Shown: positions 1 through 9,108 of the stretch, piece after piece
Layout: each line of letters opens with the position of its first letter
Position numbering within the stretch: position 1 is the first letter of the stretch
From: Candidatus Terraquivivens tengchongensis
GTDB lineage: Archaea; Thermoproteota; Nitrososphaeria_A; Caldarchaeales; Wolframiiraptoraceae
NCBI GenBank assembly: GCA_023261845.1
Contig: JALNJZ010000003.1
Span: 79,383-143,382, forward strand
Length of the DNA: 64,000 nucleotides
Direction of reading: 5' to 3'
Position numbers and translations under genes: made by a program
Notes under the pieces: model-generated
Told to the model about the DNA's origin: nothing
Seen by the model: only the letters and a program-made list of their open reading frames with translations
Database searches by the model: none

Positions 1-3
1 TAC

Positions 4-654
4 ATGATAAGAATCAAAGAAACCGGTGAACTTGTTGACACAACCTCGGAGAAGGAAGCGAGAGAGGCAGGTATCTATGATGCTTCAAAGCTTTACGAAC
101 CCAGGTTGGCGATAATCGGTAAGGGCATGTTACTCAAAGCAATCGAGGACGAATTAGTCACAATGTCTGTTGGCGAGTCAAAGACGTTTGAAATCTCACC
201 AGAAAAGGCCTTTGGCCAGAGGGACCCAACAAAGGTTAAGGTTTACCCTATCAGGAAGTTCAAAGACGTCGAGGCACCGCTGGTCGTAGGTGCTAGGGTT
301 AACATCAATGGAAAAGAGGGCATAATACGTTCTATAGGTTCTGGAAGAGTCCAGGTGGATTTCAATCCGTATCTTGCTGGCAAGACACTCGTCTGTAACG
401 TTACCATAAAGAAGATCATAACTGACGACAAGGAAAAGGTCCAGCAGATATTGCATAACAGGCTACCGGATGTAGATATTCAAAAATTTACTATTGAGCT
501 TGCACCTCCGGAGGTGGTCATTACCCTGCCAGAGGAAGCATATCTTCTGCCAAACCTGCAGATAGCCAAGAGACTCATAGCTAAAGAAATTCAGGAGAAC
601 ATCCAAGGTATAGAAAGGGTAAAGGTTATCGAGCTTTACACGAAGCAGACATAA
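4..654 (+). CDS. FKBP-type peptidyl-prolyl isomerase, archaeal long/SlyD-like type (probably 5'-truncated by window edge)
   Basis: Motifs ISPEKAFGQRD and RVQVDFNPYLAGKTL plus the archaeal C-terminal extension. Confidence 0.9.
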   Translation: MIRIKETGELVDTTSEKEAREAGIYDASKLYEPRLAIIGKGMLLKAIEDELVTMSVGESKTFEISPEKAFGQRDPTKVKVYPIRKFKDVEAPLVVGARVNINGKEGIIRSIGSGRVQVDFNPYLAGKTLVCNVTIKKIITDDKEKVQQILHNRLPDVDIQKFTIELAPPEVVITLPEEAYLLPNLQIAKRLIAKEIQENIQGIERVKVIELYTKQT

Positions 655-704
655 TACTGTAAGTTAAATCTTATAATTCGTTACTGAGTTACTGTAGTGT
701 GCTG

Positions 705-788
705 GCCGGGGTACCCGAGCCTGGTCAAGGGGGTGGGCTCAAGACCCACTGGCGTAGGCCATCCTGGGTTCGAATCCCAGCCCCGGCA
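705..788 (+). tRNA. tRNA-Leu(CAA)
   Basis: Acceptor stem GCCGGGG/CCCCGGC, anticodon arm GTGGG-CTCAAGA-CCCAC, long variable arm TGGCGTAGGCCA, T-loop TTCGAAT; no intron; CCA not encoded. Confidence 0.96.
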
Positions 789-973
789 CTCTTATGTCTT
801 TCATTAACAGTCAGAAGTCAACGCACTGTGGTGCGGATACATCAAAAAGGATAGCAGTAGGCATATGTGCGACAATCGAGAAGAAACCATGATTCACTGC
901 ACAAAACAGTATGATTATATTTAAATATAGCTATATTCGCCTCTCTTGTTAAAATTACGAACACAAAGCTAGT

Positions 974-2056
974 TTGGTGAGGAATAATATGACTGGACAA
1001 AAAGCCGGCCTACCGATCTTGAGCAAGTTTCTAACGCTTTGGATCTTCTTGGCAATGATAATCGGCATAGGCTTGGGCTATGTCTTCCCAGATATTGCTG
1101 ATGTGCTGGGTCAGCTAAGCATAGGCACGACCTCCATCCCTATAGCGATAGGTCTAATCTGGATGATGTACCCGCCTCTTGCCAAGGTAAGGTATGAGGA
1201 ACTTAGGAAGATAGTCACAGCCAAGGGTTCGAAGACTATGCTTACAGAGTCGCTTATACTCAACTATCTGGTAGGCCCGTTTCTTATGTTCGTCCTTGCA
1301 TGGATATTCCTCGCAGATTACCCTGAATTCAGAAACGGCGTAATCCTAGTAGGCTTAGCAAGATGTATAGCGATGGTTATCGTCTGGAACGACCTTGCTG
1401 ATGGTGACAGGGAGTGGGCTGCCATACTCGTCGCCCTGAACTCGGTCTTCCAGATTTCGTTCTATTCCGTATATGCCTACTTCTACATTACCTTCGTAAG
1501 TTCTTGGATTGCCGGTACCGGCACGGTAGTTGATATATCCTTTATAGAGGTTGCCACATCGGTCCTCATATACCTCGGCATACCGTTCTTTGGCGGAATG
1601 ATTACGCGCTTTTATTTCCTTAAAAAGAAGGGAAGGGAATGGTACGATAGAGTTCTCATACCGAAACTCGAGCCAACATCCCTCTTTGCCCTGCTGTTCA
1701 CCATAGTTGTGATGTTCTCCTTAAAAGGCGAATACATAATCACGCTTCCGATGGATGTCGTAAGGGTAGCAATGCCGTTGCTTTCTTACTTCGTTATAAT
1801 GTTCCTCGTATCCTTTCTGGTTGGCTACAAATCTGGTCTTGATTACAGCAGGGTCACTTCACTGGCTTTTACGGCCGCAAGCAACAACTTTGAGCTCGCG
1901 ATAGCCGTGGCTGTGTCCGTTTTTGGCTTAGCCTCAAAGGAAGCCTTTGCTACAGTGATCGGCCCCTTAATAGAGGTTCCAGTGATGATCTCTTTGGTAA
2001 ACGTGGCACTCTGGTTTAGAAAGCGCCTTTACGAAAAAATAAAAGCAGTCGTATAA
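974..2056 (+). CDS. acr3: ACR3-family arsenite efflux transporter (start may be 977 or 989)
   Basis: [38 protein letters not shown] and GPLIEVPVM motifs; about 10 hydrophobic segments. Confidence 0.95.
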   Translation: MVRNNMTGQKAGLPILSKFLTLWIFLAMIIGIGLGYVFPDIADVLGQLSIGTTSIPIAIGLIWMMYPPLAKVRYEELRKIVTAKGSKTMLTESLILNYLVGPFLMFVLAWIFLADYPEFRNGVILVGLARCIAMVIVWNDLADGDREWAAILVALNSVFQISFYSVYAYFYITFVSSWIAGTGTVVDISFIEVATSVLIYLGIPFFGGMITRFYFLKKKGREWYDRVLIPKLEPTSLFALLFTIVVMFSLKGEYIITLPMDVVRVAMPLLSYFVIMFLVSFLVGYKSGLDYSRVTSLAFTAASNNFELAIAVAVSVFGLASKEAFATVIGPLIEVPVMISLVNVALWFRKRLYEKIKAVV

Positions 2057-2248
2057 ATCCACAAAATTCAAAAACTTGTTTGGTAAGGAGTGCTAAATGT
2101 AACATAGCGTTTCGCCGTGCGCTCTGGCTAATTTGGAATCCAGATTGAAGTTTAGGATTTTCTTGAAGGTTAGCTTTGTACAAATTTCCAAAAGCTTCCC
2201 CATCATTAGAATTGTAAAGTGACGTTTTTACTATTTTAGAGTGAAATG

Positions 2249-2255
2249 TATAAAT
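2249..2255 (+). promoter_or_regulatory. TATA box for putative ncRNA
   Basis: TATAAAT begins 30 nt upstream of the first base (2279) of the structured GC-rich element. Confidence 0.55.
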
Positions 2256-2278
2256 CAGTGTAAGTATTGTGTTAATTT

Positions 2279-2485
2279 GCGTCGTCCGGAAAAGGAGAGG
2301 CTGGCGCTAAGCAACACCTGGGGGAAGCCTCAGGTGTTGTATGCGTCGACCCATGCCCAGCGCTCCGGGGCTGCTTTGGCAGTACCTCCAAGCTGGGTAT
2401 GGGTGGGAGGTGCCCGTAGGGCATCAGGGGTTAATCCATGGAGGGTGCCCTAGCAGGGAGGCCCGCCATCTCCGAAAGACGACGC
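2279..2485 (+). ncRNA. Unassigned highly structured ~207-nt RNA
   Basis: ~64% GC by hand count within AT-rich flanks; ends pair (GCGTCGTC/GACGACGC); long hairpins 2311-2340, 2349-2404 and 2409-2425 whose G-U wobbles work only on the + strand. Confidence 0.7.
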
Positions 2486-2507
2486 AATTATAATTAATTC
2501 TTGTCAT

Positions 2508-3179
2508 TTAGGCCTTTTCATATGAACCGCATGATGCGTTCTTAAGTCTCATCATTTGCTTAACAAACTCGTAATATTCCTGCGGCGACAACTCGCTAAC
2601 CATTACTTCGTCAACGTTTATCACGTAGATCATGTAAAGCCTTGCGTTAAGTATCTCTTCAAGACTAACGGGCGGTTTCGTGTAGTAGAGGTCGCAGATT
2701 CTTTTAATGTAAAGTATCTCTTCCTTAGTCCTGTCCCTTGGTGGTTTTAAGAATACATGTGGCACTTGGACGATGTTATGTGGCGGCGTTCCGATGCCGA
2801 ACTTTTTTGCAAAAGCGCTGTACCTAGCTATTTTGCTGGCAACCCTGGCTAAGAGATAGGTATTGGGGTCGAGTGCATGCTCAGGAGGCACGAAACCTGT
2901 CTCTATCTCGATTATGATGTTACCATCACCTTTTACTCCATATATATCGCATGTGAGTATCTCGTTAAGCTTATGCTCAGCGTCCACCTCATATCCCTTA
3001 ACGATTAGGTCGGCAGCGCAGACGACCTCCATCACGGAATGGTTTATCTTAACCATGTTGGCTTCGTATAACTTACACAATTTTTTATACACGTCGTCAA
3101 GTTTGTTTACAACTTCTTTGCCGTACTTATCGCCTATTTGCGCGATGACTTTCAAGACGTCTTCTTCGAATTTATTCAT
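2508..3179 (-). CDS. Conserved archaeal hypothetical protein, probable PD-(D/E)XK-like fold
   Basis: E…CDIYG…IIIEIETG pattern; ATG at 3179 is more plausible than the ORF-track start at 3326. Confidence 0.65.
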   Translation of the reverse strand: MNKFEEDVLKVIAQIGDKYGKEVVNKLDDVYKKLCKLYEANMVKINHSVMEVVCAADLIVKGYEVDAEHKLNEILTCDIYGVKGDGNIIIEIETGFVPPEHALDPNTYLLARVASKIARYSAFAKKFGIGTPPHNIVQVPHVFLKPPRDRTKEEILYIKRICDLYYTKPPVSLEEILNARLYMIYVINVDEVMVSELSPQEYYEFVKQMMRLKNASCGSYEKA

Positions 3180-3360
3180 CAAAGCTGTCAAAATGCTTGA
3201 TAAAGATAAACTTTTGATAAACTCCAGAAGCCACCGCAAATAACGAATGAACTGGTTTTTAAGCTCTGGCCATAATTGTAGAGCTGCTCTATGGATTAAT
3301 ACCGTCTTACTACTCGTGTTAAACACTTAAAACGTGATTGATGATATTACATAACCAGAG

Positions 3361-5409
3361 ATGGCAAAAGACCCCGTGTGCGGAATGTTCGTGGAGGAGA
3401 CTGATGATGCTCTAAAAACTACCGTGAGGGGTAGAACGTACTACTTCTGCAGCGAAACTTGTCTCAAGACATTCTTGATGCCTGAGGTTGAGGTTAGAAA
3501 TCTGAAAAGGATGACCATCCTTAGCTTCGCGCTAGGAATACCTGCCCTCATGTTGACATGGTTCTTGAGCCTACCCTTACCTATACCCAATAGTCTCCTG
3601 CTATTCTTTTTAGCAACACCGGTTCAGTTTGTCGCGGGTTGGTCTTTCTACAAGGGCATGTGGCACGCTATTAAGGTCAAGTCAGCAAACATGGACACAC
3701 TTATAGCCATAGGGACTTCTGCGGCATGGCTTTACAGCACGCTAGTTACGTTCATACCTTCCGTATTTCCTGAGGGTTTATACTATGAAGTATCGGCGTT
3801 AATAATAGCATTCGTACTTCTCGGAAGATTACTCGAGCATGTTGTAAGGAGGAAGGCATCGGATGCTGTGAGGAAGCTTATGGAACTCCAACCAACCACA
3901 GCAAGAGTGCTACAGGATGGCACCGAGACAACAGTCCCCGTCGAGAAGGTAAGGGTTGGCGACCTTTTGTTGGTTAAACCAGGCGAGAAGATACCGGTAG
4001 ATGGTGTAGTCGTCGATGGTCATTCGACAGTTGATGAAAAAGTGATCACAGGTGAAAGTATTCCTGTAGAGAAGGAAGTGGGCAGCGAGGTCATAGGTGG
4101 TACGATGAACAGAAGCGGAATCCTCTTGATTAGAGCTACTAGGGTTGGAGCCGACACCACTTTATCCCAGATAGTAAGACTTGTCGAAGAAGCTCAGGCC
4201 GCACAAGCTCCGATAGAACGTTTAGCAGATAGAGTGGCCTCCTACTTCGTTCCCGTGGTCGTGGGCATCAGCATAACCGCATTCTTAATATGGTACTTCC
4301 TTTTCAGTAATCCGCTCACCGGTCTTACGGCATTCATAGCAGTTTTGATAATAGCTTGCCCTTGTGCCTTGGGTTTAGCGACACCGGCAGCCGTGGTGGT
4401 TGGTTTAGGAAAGGGTGCTGAAAACGGTATTTTGATAAAAGGTGGCGAAAATCTTGAAAGGGCATATAAAATAACTACCGTGGTCTTTGATAAGACGGGC
4501 ACACTCACAAAAGGTGAACCAACAGTAACTGGCATCATCCTGTTAGATGAAATGGATGAGAAAGAAGTCATGAGGCTGGCCGCATCCGCAGAGTCTGGCT
4601 CGGAGCATCCTTTAGGGGAGGCCATAATTAAGAAGGCGAAAGAACTCGGAGTAGAACCTGTCAGACCGGAAAGCTTCGAGGCAGTTCCCGGCAAAGGTAT
4701 TCTGACAACCGTGAATGGAAAACGTGTAGCAATAGGCAACAGGAAATTATTCCTTTCGTTGGGTCTTGAATTATCCGAACTGGAAGAAATTTTGAGGGCA
4801 CTTGAGCAGGAAGGTAAAACGGTGTTGATAATTTCGATTGATAAAAAGCCGGTTGCCCTAATAAGCGTGGAGGACGTTCTGAAGGAGCATGCGGCCGAAG
4901 CAGTGAACCAGCTGAAATCCATGGGCCTCGAAGTCGTAATGCTTACGGGTGATAACGAAAGGACGGCGAAGGCTATAGCAAAGCAGCTGGGGATCGAACA
5001 CGTGGTGGCAGAGGTCTTGCCTTCTGAAAAGCTCGAAAGCATAAAAAAGCTTCAGACGAAGGGAAAGATCGTGGCGATGGTCGGTGATGGCGTGAACGAT
5101 GCTCCGGCGCTGGCTCAGGCCGACGTAGGAATCGCCATAGGTAGTGGAACAGACGTTGCGATAGAGACTAGTGGTATAGTCCTGATAAGAGAGGACTTAA
5201 GAGATGTCGTGGCAGCGATAAAGCTCAGCAGAGCTATGATGCGCAAGATAAAGCAGAATCTTTTTTGGGCTTTCGCTTACAACATGGCGCTTATACCGGT
5301 GGCCGCCATAGGCTACCTCAACCCTATACTGGCCGGTATAGCCATGGCTCTGAGCTCGGTCAGCGTAGTCACGAACTCTCTTACGTTAAAAAGGCTGAGA
5401 CTAAGATAA
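3361..5409 (+). CDS. copA: Cu(I)-translocating P1B-type ATPase with N-terminal YHS/TRASH domain
   Basis: DPVCGM…YYFCS, TGES, CPCALG, DKTGT, GDGVNDAP, YN…MALSS. Confidence 0.95.
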   Translation: MAKDPVCGMFVEETDDALKTTVRGRTYYFCSETCLKTFLMPEVEVRNLKRMTILSFALGIPALMLTWFLSLPLPIPNSLLLFFLATPVQFVAGWSFYKGMWHAIKVKSANMDTLIAIGTSAAWLYSTLVTFIPSVFPEGLYYEVSALIIAFVLLGRLLEHVVRRKASDAVRKLMELQPTTARVLQDGTETTVPVEKVRVGDLLLVKPGEKIPVDGVVVDGHSTVDEKVITGESIPVEKEVGSEVIGGTMNRSGILLIRATRVGADTTLSQIVRLVEEAQAAQAPIERLADRVASYFVPVVVGISITAFLIWYFLFSNPLTGLTAFIAVLIIACPCALGLATPAAVVVGLGKGAENGILIKGGENLERAYKITTVVFDKTGTLTKGEPTVTGIILLDEMDEKEVMRLAASAESGSEHPLGEAIIKKAKELGVEPVRPESFEAVPGKGILTTVNGKRVAIGNRKLFLSLGLELSELEEILRALEQEGKTVLIISIDKKPVALISVEDVLKEHAAEAVNQLKSMGLEVVMLTGDNERTAKAIAKQLGIEHVVAEVLPSEKLESIKKLQTKGKIVAMVGDGVNDAPALAQADVGIAIGSGTDVAIETSGIVLIREDLRDVVAAIKLSRAMMRKIKQNLFWAFAYNMALIPVAAIGYLNPILAGIAMALSSVSVVTNSLTLKRLRLR

Positions 5410-5463
5410 AAAGCATCAAACAAGATTTTTATCCTAAATGTTGAAGTTTTAATCGAATAAAAT

Positions 5464-6231
5464 ATGAGCGTAGGCAGGAGCTTACTAAACATCATATACA
5501 ACAGAAGAACTATCAGAAAGTTCAAACCCGCTGATATACCAGAAGAGTTACTCAACATGATAGTAGAGGCGGGTCAAAGAGCACCCTCATACAACCAGGC
5601 ATACTCGTTCATACTCGTCAGCGATAAAGAAAAGAGGAAAGCACTCGAGGATATTTGTGATGTAAAGTACATATCGAATGCTTCTGCGATAATAGTCATA
5701 TGTAGCGACCTTAATAGGGTTAGTAAGATGTATGATTACCTCAACCGAAACCATGTTTTGACCTCTGATGAATATCCTGTCGAGACAATATACAGCATAT
5801 TTGAGACGGGGCTTGCAACGCAGAACATGATCATTGCAGCCGAAGTTTTGGGCTTCGGCACCGCTCTACTTGACTGTGTGCTTGTTGAGGCAGAGCGAGT
5901 AGCGGCCTTGCTGGAGCTCCCAAAGGGGGTGATTCCCATAGGCCTCCTCTGTATAGGTGAAAAAGATGAACTGCCACCCAAGAGACCTAGGTGGCCGTTA
6001 CGCATAGTTTTTCATAAAAATAAGTACCGAGAGCCGAATCCTTACGAAATCGCTAACTACGTCGAAGAATCTGCAGAAATATATGACCAAGAGGGTTATT
6101 TGATGAAGTACGCGGGTATACCTATGAAATACAAGGATTACTTAATAGCAAAGGTTGAACGAACGAAAGAGGTAGAAAAGAAGTATGAAAAACTATCAAA
6201 ATTCCTCAGGAAGTTAGGCTTTAAGATATAA
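5464..6231 (+). CDS. Nitroreductase family protein
   Basis: RRTIRKF, AGQRAPS, QNMIIAAEVLGFGT, RPRWP. Confidence 0.88.
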   Translation: MSVGRSLLNIIYNRRTIRKFKPADIPEELLNMIVEAGQRAPSYNQAYSFILVSDKEKRKALEDICDVKYISNASAIIVICSDLNRVSKMYDYLNRNHVLTSDEYPVETIYSIFETGLATQNMIIAAEVLGFGTALLDCVLVEAERVAALLELPKGVIPIGLLCIGEKDELPPKRPRWPLRIVFHKNKYREPNPYEIANYVEESAEIYDQEGYLMKYAGIPMKYKDYLIAKVERTKEVEKKYEKLSKFLRKLGFKI

Positions 6232-6295
6232 TTGCACCGCTAGATAACAATCCTAAGCTTTTTATACTATTGATGTAAAAAGCGTACCCGAAAGT

Positions 6296-7369
6296 ATGAC
6301 GGAAATAGAACAACAAGTATTGAATATGCTAAGGGAATACTCCCAACTTGTCGAGAGGGCTATAGAGCGTTACATGCCAAGAAAGTTTACACAGGAAGCT
6401 GCTACTAGGTTATTTGGTAAGCCGAGGTTTTCGTACGAACCTGAATCATTGACCAAGGCGATATCCGAACCATTCTGGGACCTTATAGATAGAGGCGGAA
6501 AGAGATGGAGACCAGCCTTGCTTTTACTGACGTATGAAGCGTTGGGCGGTAACGCTGAGGATATAGTGGACATAGCCATAATACCCGAAATCGTCCATAA
6601 CGGTACGCTAATAATCGATGACGTAGAGGACAACGGAGATTTTAGGCGCGGCAAGGAGTGCATCCACAAAATTTATGGTGTTGATATAGCGGTCAACGTT
6701 GGCAATGCGATGTATTATCTCCCGCTTTTGGGTCTGCTGAACGATGATAGGATACCTGCCGATAAGGTTCTTGCGATCATGCGGTGTTATGTTGAGGAAA
6801 TGCTTAAGCTGAGTCTAGGTCAGGCAATGGATATAGCTTGGCATAAAGGACTCGTTGAAGAAATTACCGAAGAGCACTATATGCAGATGTGTGCTTTCAA
6901 AACAGGTTCGCTGTCGCGTATGGCGGTCGGAATAGCCGGTATAATGGCCGGCGCTAGTCATGGACTCTTAGAAGGCCTAAAGGAGTTCGCGGAATCTCTC
7001 AGCATAGCTTTCCAGATACAGGACGACATACTAAACATCGTGGGCGATATGACGAAGTATGGTAAGGAGATAGGGGGCGATATAAAGGAAGGCAAGAGGA
7101 CGTTGATGGTGATATACGCATTGAAGCATTTGCCGAAGGATGAGGCAAACAGGCTCAAGGAAATCCTTTCGTTACACACGAACGAGCCCAGCCTAATAGA
7201 GGAGGCAATCACTCTGATAAAGAAGAGCGGAGCGATAGAGTATGCGAGCGGAGTCGCCAGGGAGCTGGTCAGCAAGTCTTGGACGGTGCTAGATAAGCTC
7301 CTACCAGATACACCCGCAAAGAAGAAACTCAAGGCTTTAGCGGATTTTCTAATCACCCGCGAATTCTAA
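6296..7369 (+). CDS. Polyprenyl (geranylgeranyl) diphosphate synthase
   Basis: GGKRWRP, IIDDVED…RRG, GQAMD, KT, FQIQDD, DIKEGKRT. Confidence 0.93.
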   Translation: MTEIEQQVLNMLREYSQLVERAIERYMPRKFTQEAATRLFGKPRFSYEPESLTKAISEPFWDLIDRGGKRWRPALLLLTYEALGGNAEDIVDIAIIPEIVHNGTLIIDDVEDNGDFRRGKECIHKIYGVDIAVNVGNAMYYLPLLGLLNDDRIPADKVLAIMRCYVEEMLKLSLGQAMDIAWHKGLVEEITEEHYMQMCAFKTGSLSRMAVGIAGIMAGASHGLLEGLKEFAESLSIAFQIQDDILNIVGDMTKYGKEIGGDIKEGKRTLMVIYALKHLPKDEANRLKEILSLHTNEPSLIEEAITLIKKSGAIEYASGVARELVSKSWTVLDKLLPDTPAKKKLKALADFLITREF

Positions 7370-8497
7370 CACAGTCGTTTGTTCGGCACGTGCTAGCCTT
7401 TTAAGAGCCTCAATTTTTGATGCTTTCTCCAACTCTGCTGCCTCGATCATCTCTCTTAAGAAATTCGTTACCTCATCCATAGTCCTCCTTGATACAGGAT
7501 ATGGCACACCATCCTTTCCGCCAACAGCAAAACTATACTTCACAGGGTCCCTCCAGTCAATCTCTGCGCCGAATATGAGTGTAGCAATAAGAGCCAGCGC
7601 CCTGACGGTCGACGGCCCAACTCCCCTTATCTCGACAAGTTCCTCATAATTTCTTGGCTTGAGCTCGTACACCTTTCTCAACAAATTCCAGTTAATAGTT
7701 TTTGGCATGCGAAGATATGCTGGGGTTTTTTCTATCACCATCGCATCAGTCCCTTCATCCAACCATCTGGTCAAGCTTTCCTGCTTATTGAGATTGTTGA
7801 ACATGCGTATCAACTTTGATGGTGATTCGCATACAAGGTCAACAGAAACTTTTCTAGCGTCCTCGCACTTTCTTGATGTCATGTTAAGAACCACGGATGA
7901 TACGCCGTCGCTGACTATGGAAGAGTGTGGTTCAACAACGAAGTTCTTCACGGCCTCACCGAGCCAGTGGTACCTTCTTGCATAACCTTCTGAAACATTC
8001 ATTCCTTGTTGCACTACTGCCCACTTTCCTTTTTCATCTATAAATATAGTATGATGGTAAAGTTCATAACCATCCTGGACGAGCGCGTTATCAACCTTTG
8101 CGGACAATCTGCTTGCACGTAGCAAATACTCCACCATTCCTTCATCAAATCCATACGAGATGAGCGTCGACCTTAACTCATCAGGCGTCCTTTTGCTTTT
8201 CAAACCCTTTCCGCCAGCGACCATGACACCATGTTTATCGAGGTTTAAGCTATCCCTAAGAACTCCAGTCACCACGGTGGTCAGACCACTTGAGTGCCAA
8301 TCAAAACCAAGGACGCAACCGAACGACTGGAACCACAAAGGGTCTGATACCCTCCTGAGAAACTCTCCTGTATCGTAACTATCAACGATAACGGAGACTA
8401 TGGCATCCGCAAGCTTTTTCATCTTCTCTATAAGCCAGATTGGTGCATGGCCAGAATGTAGTGGTAGCTCGGCAATACCCGTCTTTACAGGTGTCAT
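7349..8497 (-). CDS. DUF763-family protein
   Basis: LPLHSGHAP, DPLWFQSFGCVLGFDWHSSG, SAKVD, QQGMN, GGKDGVP. Confidence 0.88.
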   Translation of the reverse strand: MTPVKTGIAELPLHSGHAPIWLIEKMKKLADAIVSVIVDSYDTGEFLRRVSDPLWFQSFGCVLGFDWHSSGLTTVVTGVLRDSLNLDKHGVMVAGGKGLKSKRTPDELRSTLISYGFDEGMVEYLLRASRLSAKVDNALVQDGYELYHHTIFIDEKGKWAVVQQGMNVSEGYARRYHWLGEAVKNFVVEPHSSIVSDGVSSVVLNMTSRKCEDARKVSVDLVCESPSKLIRMFNNLNKQESLTRWLDEGTDAMVIEKTPAYLRMPKTINWNLLRKVYELKPRNYEELVEIRGVGPSTVRALALIATLIFGAEIDWRDPVKYSFAVGGKDGVPYPVSRRTMDEVTNFLREMIEAAELEKASKIEALKRLARAEQTTVLEFAGD

Positions 8498-8617
8498 TCA
8501 TATTTATCAGAAACTCGGATGATAATAAATGTAGTGTTCGTTAGAGCATTTGTGTCGTGGTTGAAAATGAACGTTTTTATCAAACTGTAGGCTCCCGATT
8601 ATTATGGTGTATGCAAG

Positions 8618-9100
8618 TTGAAGATGGAGATAATAGATGTAAAGGTGCCTGAAGGTTGTAATGTTATATTCGGCATAACGCACTTCATAAAGAGTGTGGA
8701 AGACATCTATGAAGCGATAGTGAACTCCGTACCAGGAGCGAAGTTCGGCTTGGCGTTTGCTGAGGCCAGCGGTCCATGCCTCATCAGGCATGAGGGTACG
8801 GACGGGGAACTAAGAAAGCTCGCGGCCGAAACGTTGCTCAAGATCGGGTGCGGTCATACGTTTTTGGTTTTTATAAAGGACATGTATCCTATAAACGTGC
8901 TGAACAGGTTAAAAGAGGTGCCCGAGGTCTGCACAATTCTGGCAGCCACAGCTAACCCGCTTCAGATTGTTATAGTCGAGTCGGAGCAGGGCAGGGGCGT
9001 GCTTGGTGTGATTGATGGTTACAAATCAAAGGGAATAGAAGGAGATGAGGACATAAAGAAAAGGAAGGAATTCCTAAGGAAGATAGGATACAAATTGTAG
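8618..9100 (+). CDS. Adenosine-specific kinase family protein (DUF355)
   Basis: HFIKSVEDIYE, FAEASG, GHTF, YPINVLN, ATANP, GRGVLGVIDG. Confidence 0.88.
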   Translation: MKMEIIDVKVPEGCNVIFGITHFIKSVEDIYEAIVNSVPGAKFGLAFAEASGPCLIRHEGTDGELRKLAAETLLKIGCGHTFLVFIKDMYPINVLNRLKEVPEVCTILAATANPLQIVIVESEQGRGVLGVIDGYKSKGIEGDEDIKKRKEFLRKIGYKL

Positions 9101-9108
9101 CCGAGCGT

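Noticed and set aside
2241-2453. 70-aa ORF across the GC-rich element
   Set aside because: No recognisable protein features; the start precedes the TATA box; the sequence is better explained as structured RNA.
2279-2485. RNase P RNA (including short type T), SRP RNA or cobalamin riboswitch
   Set aside because: GGGGAAGCCTC only loosely resembles CR-I and is locked in a hairpin. There is no ACAGAA…CTTA CR-V, no CAGG-NNN-GNRA-NNN-AGCA helix 8, no B12 box and no co-oriented downstream gene.
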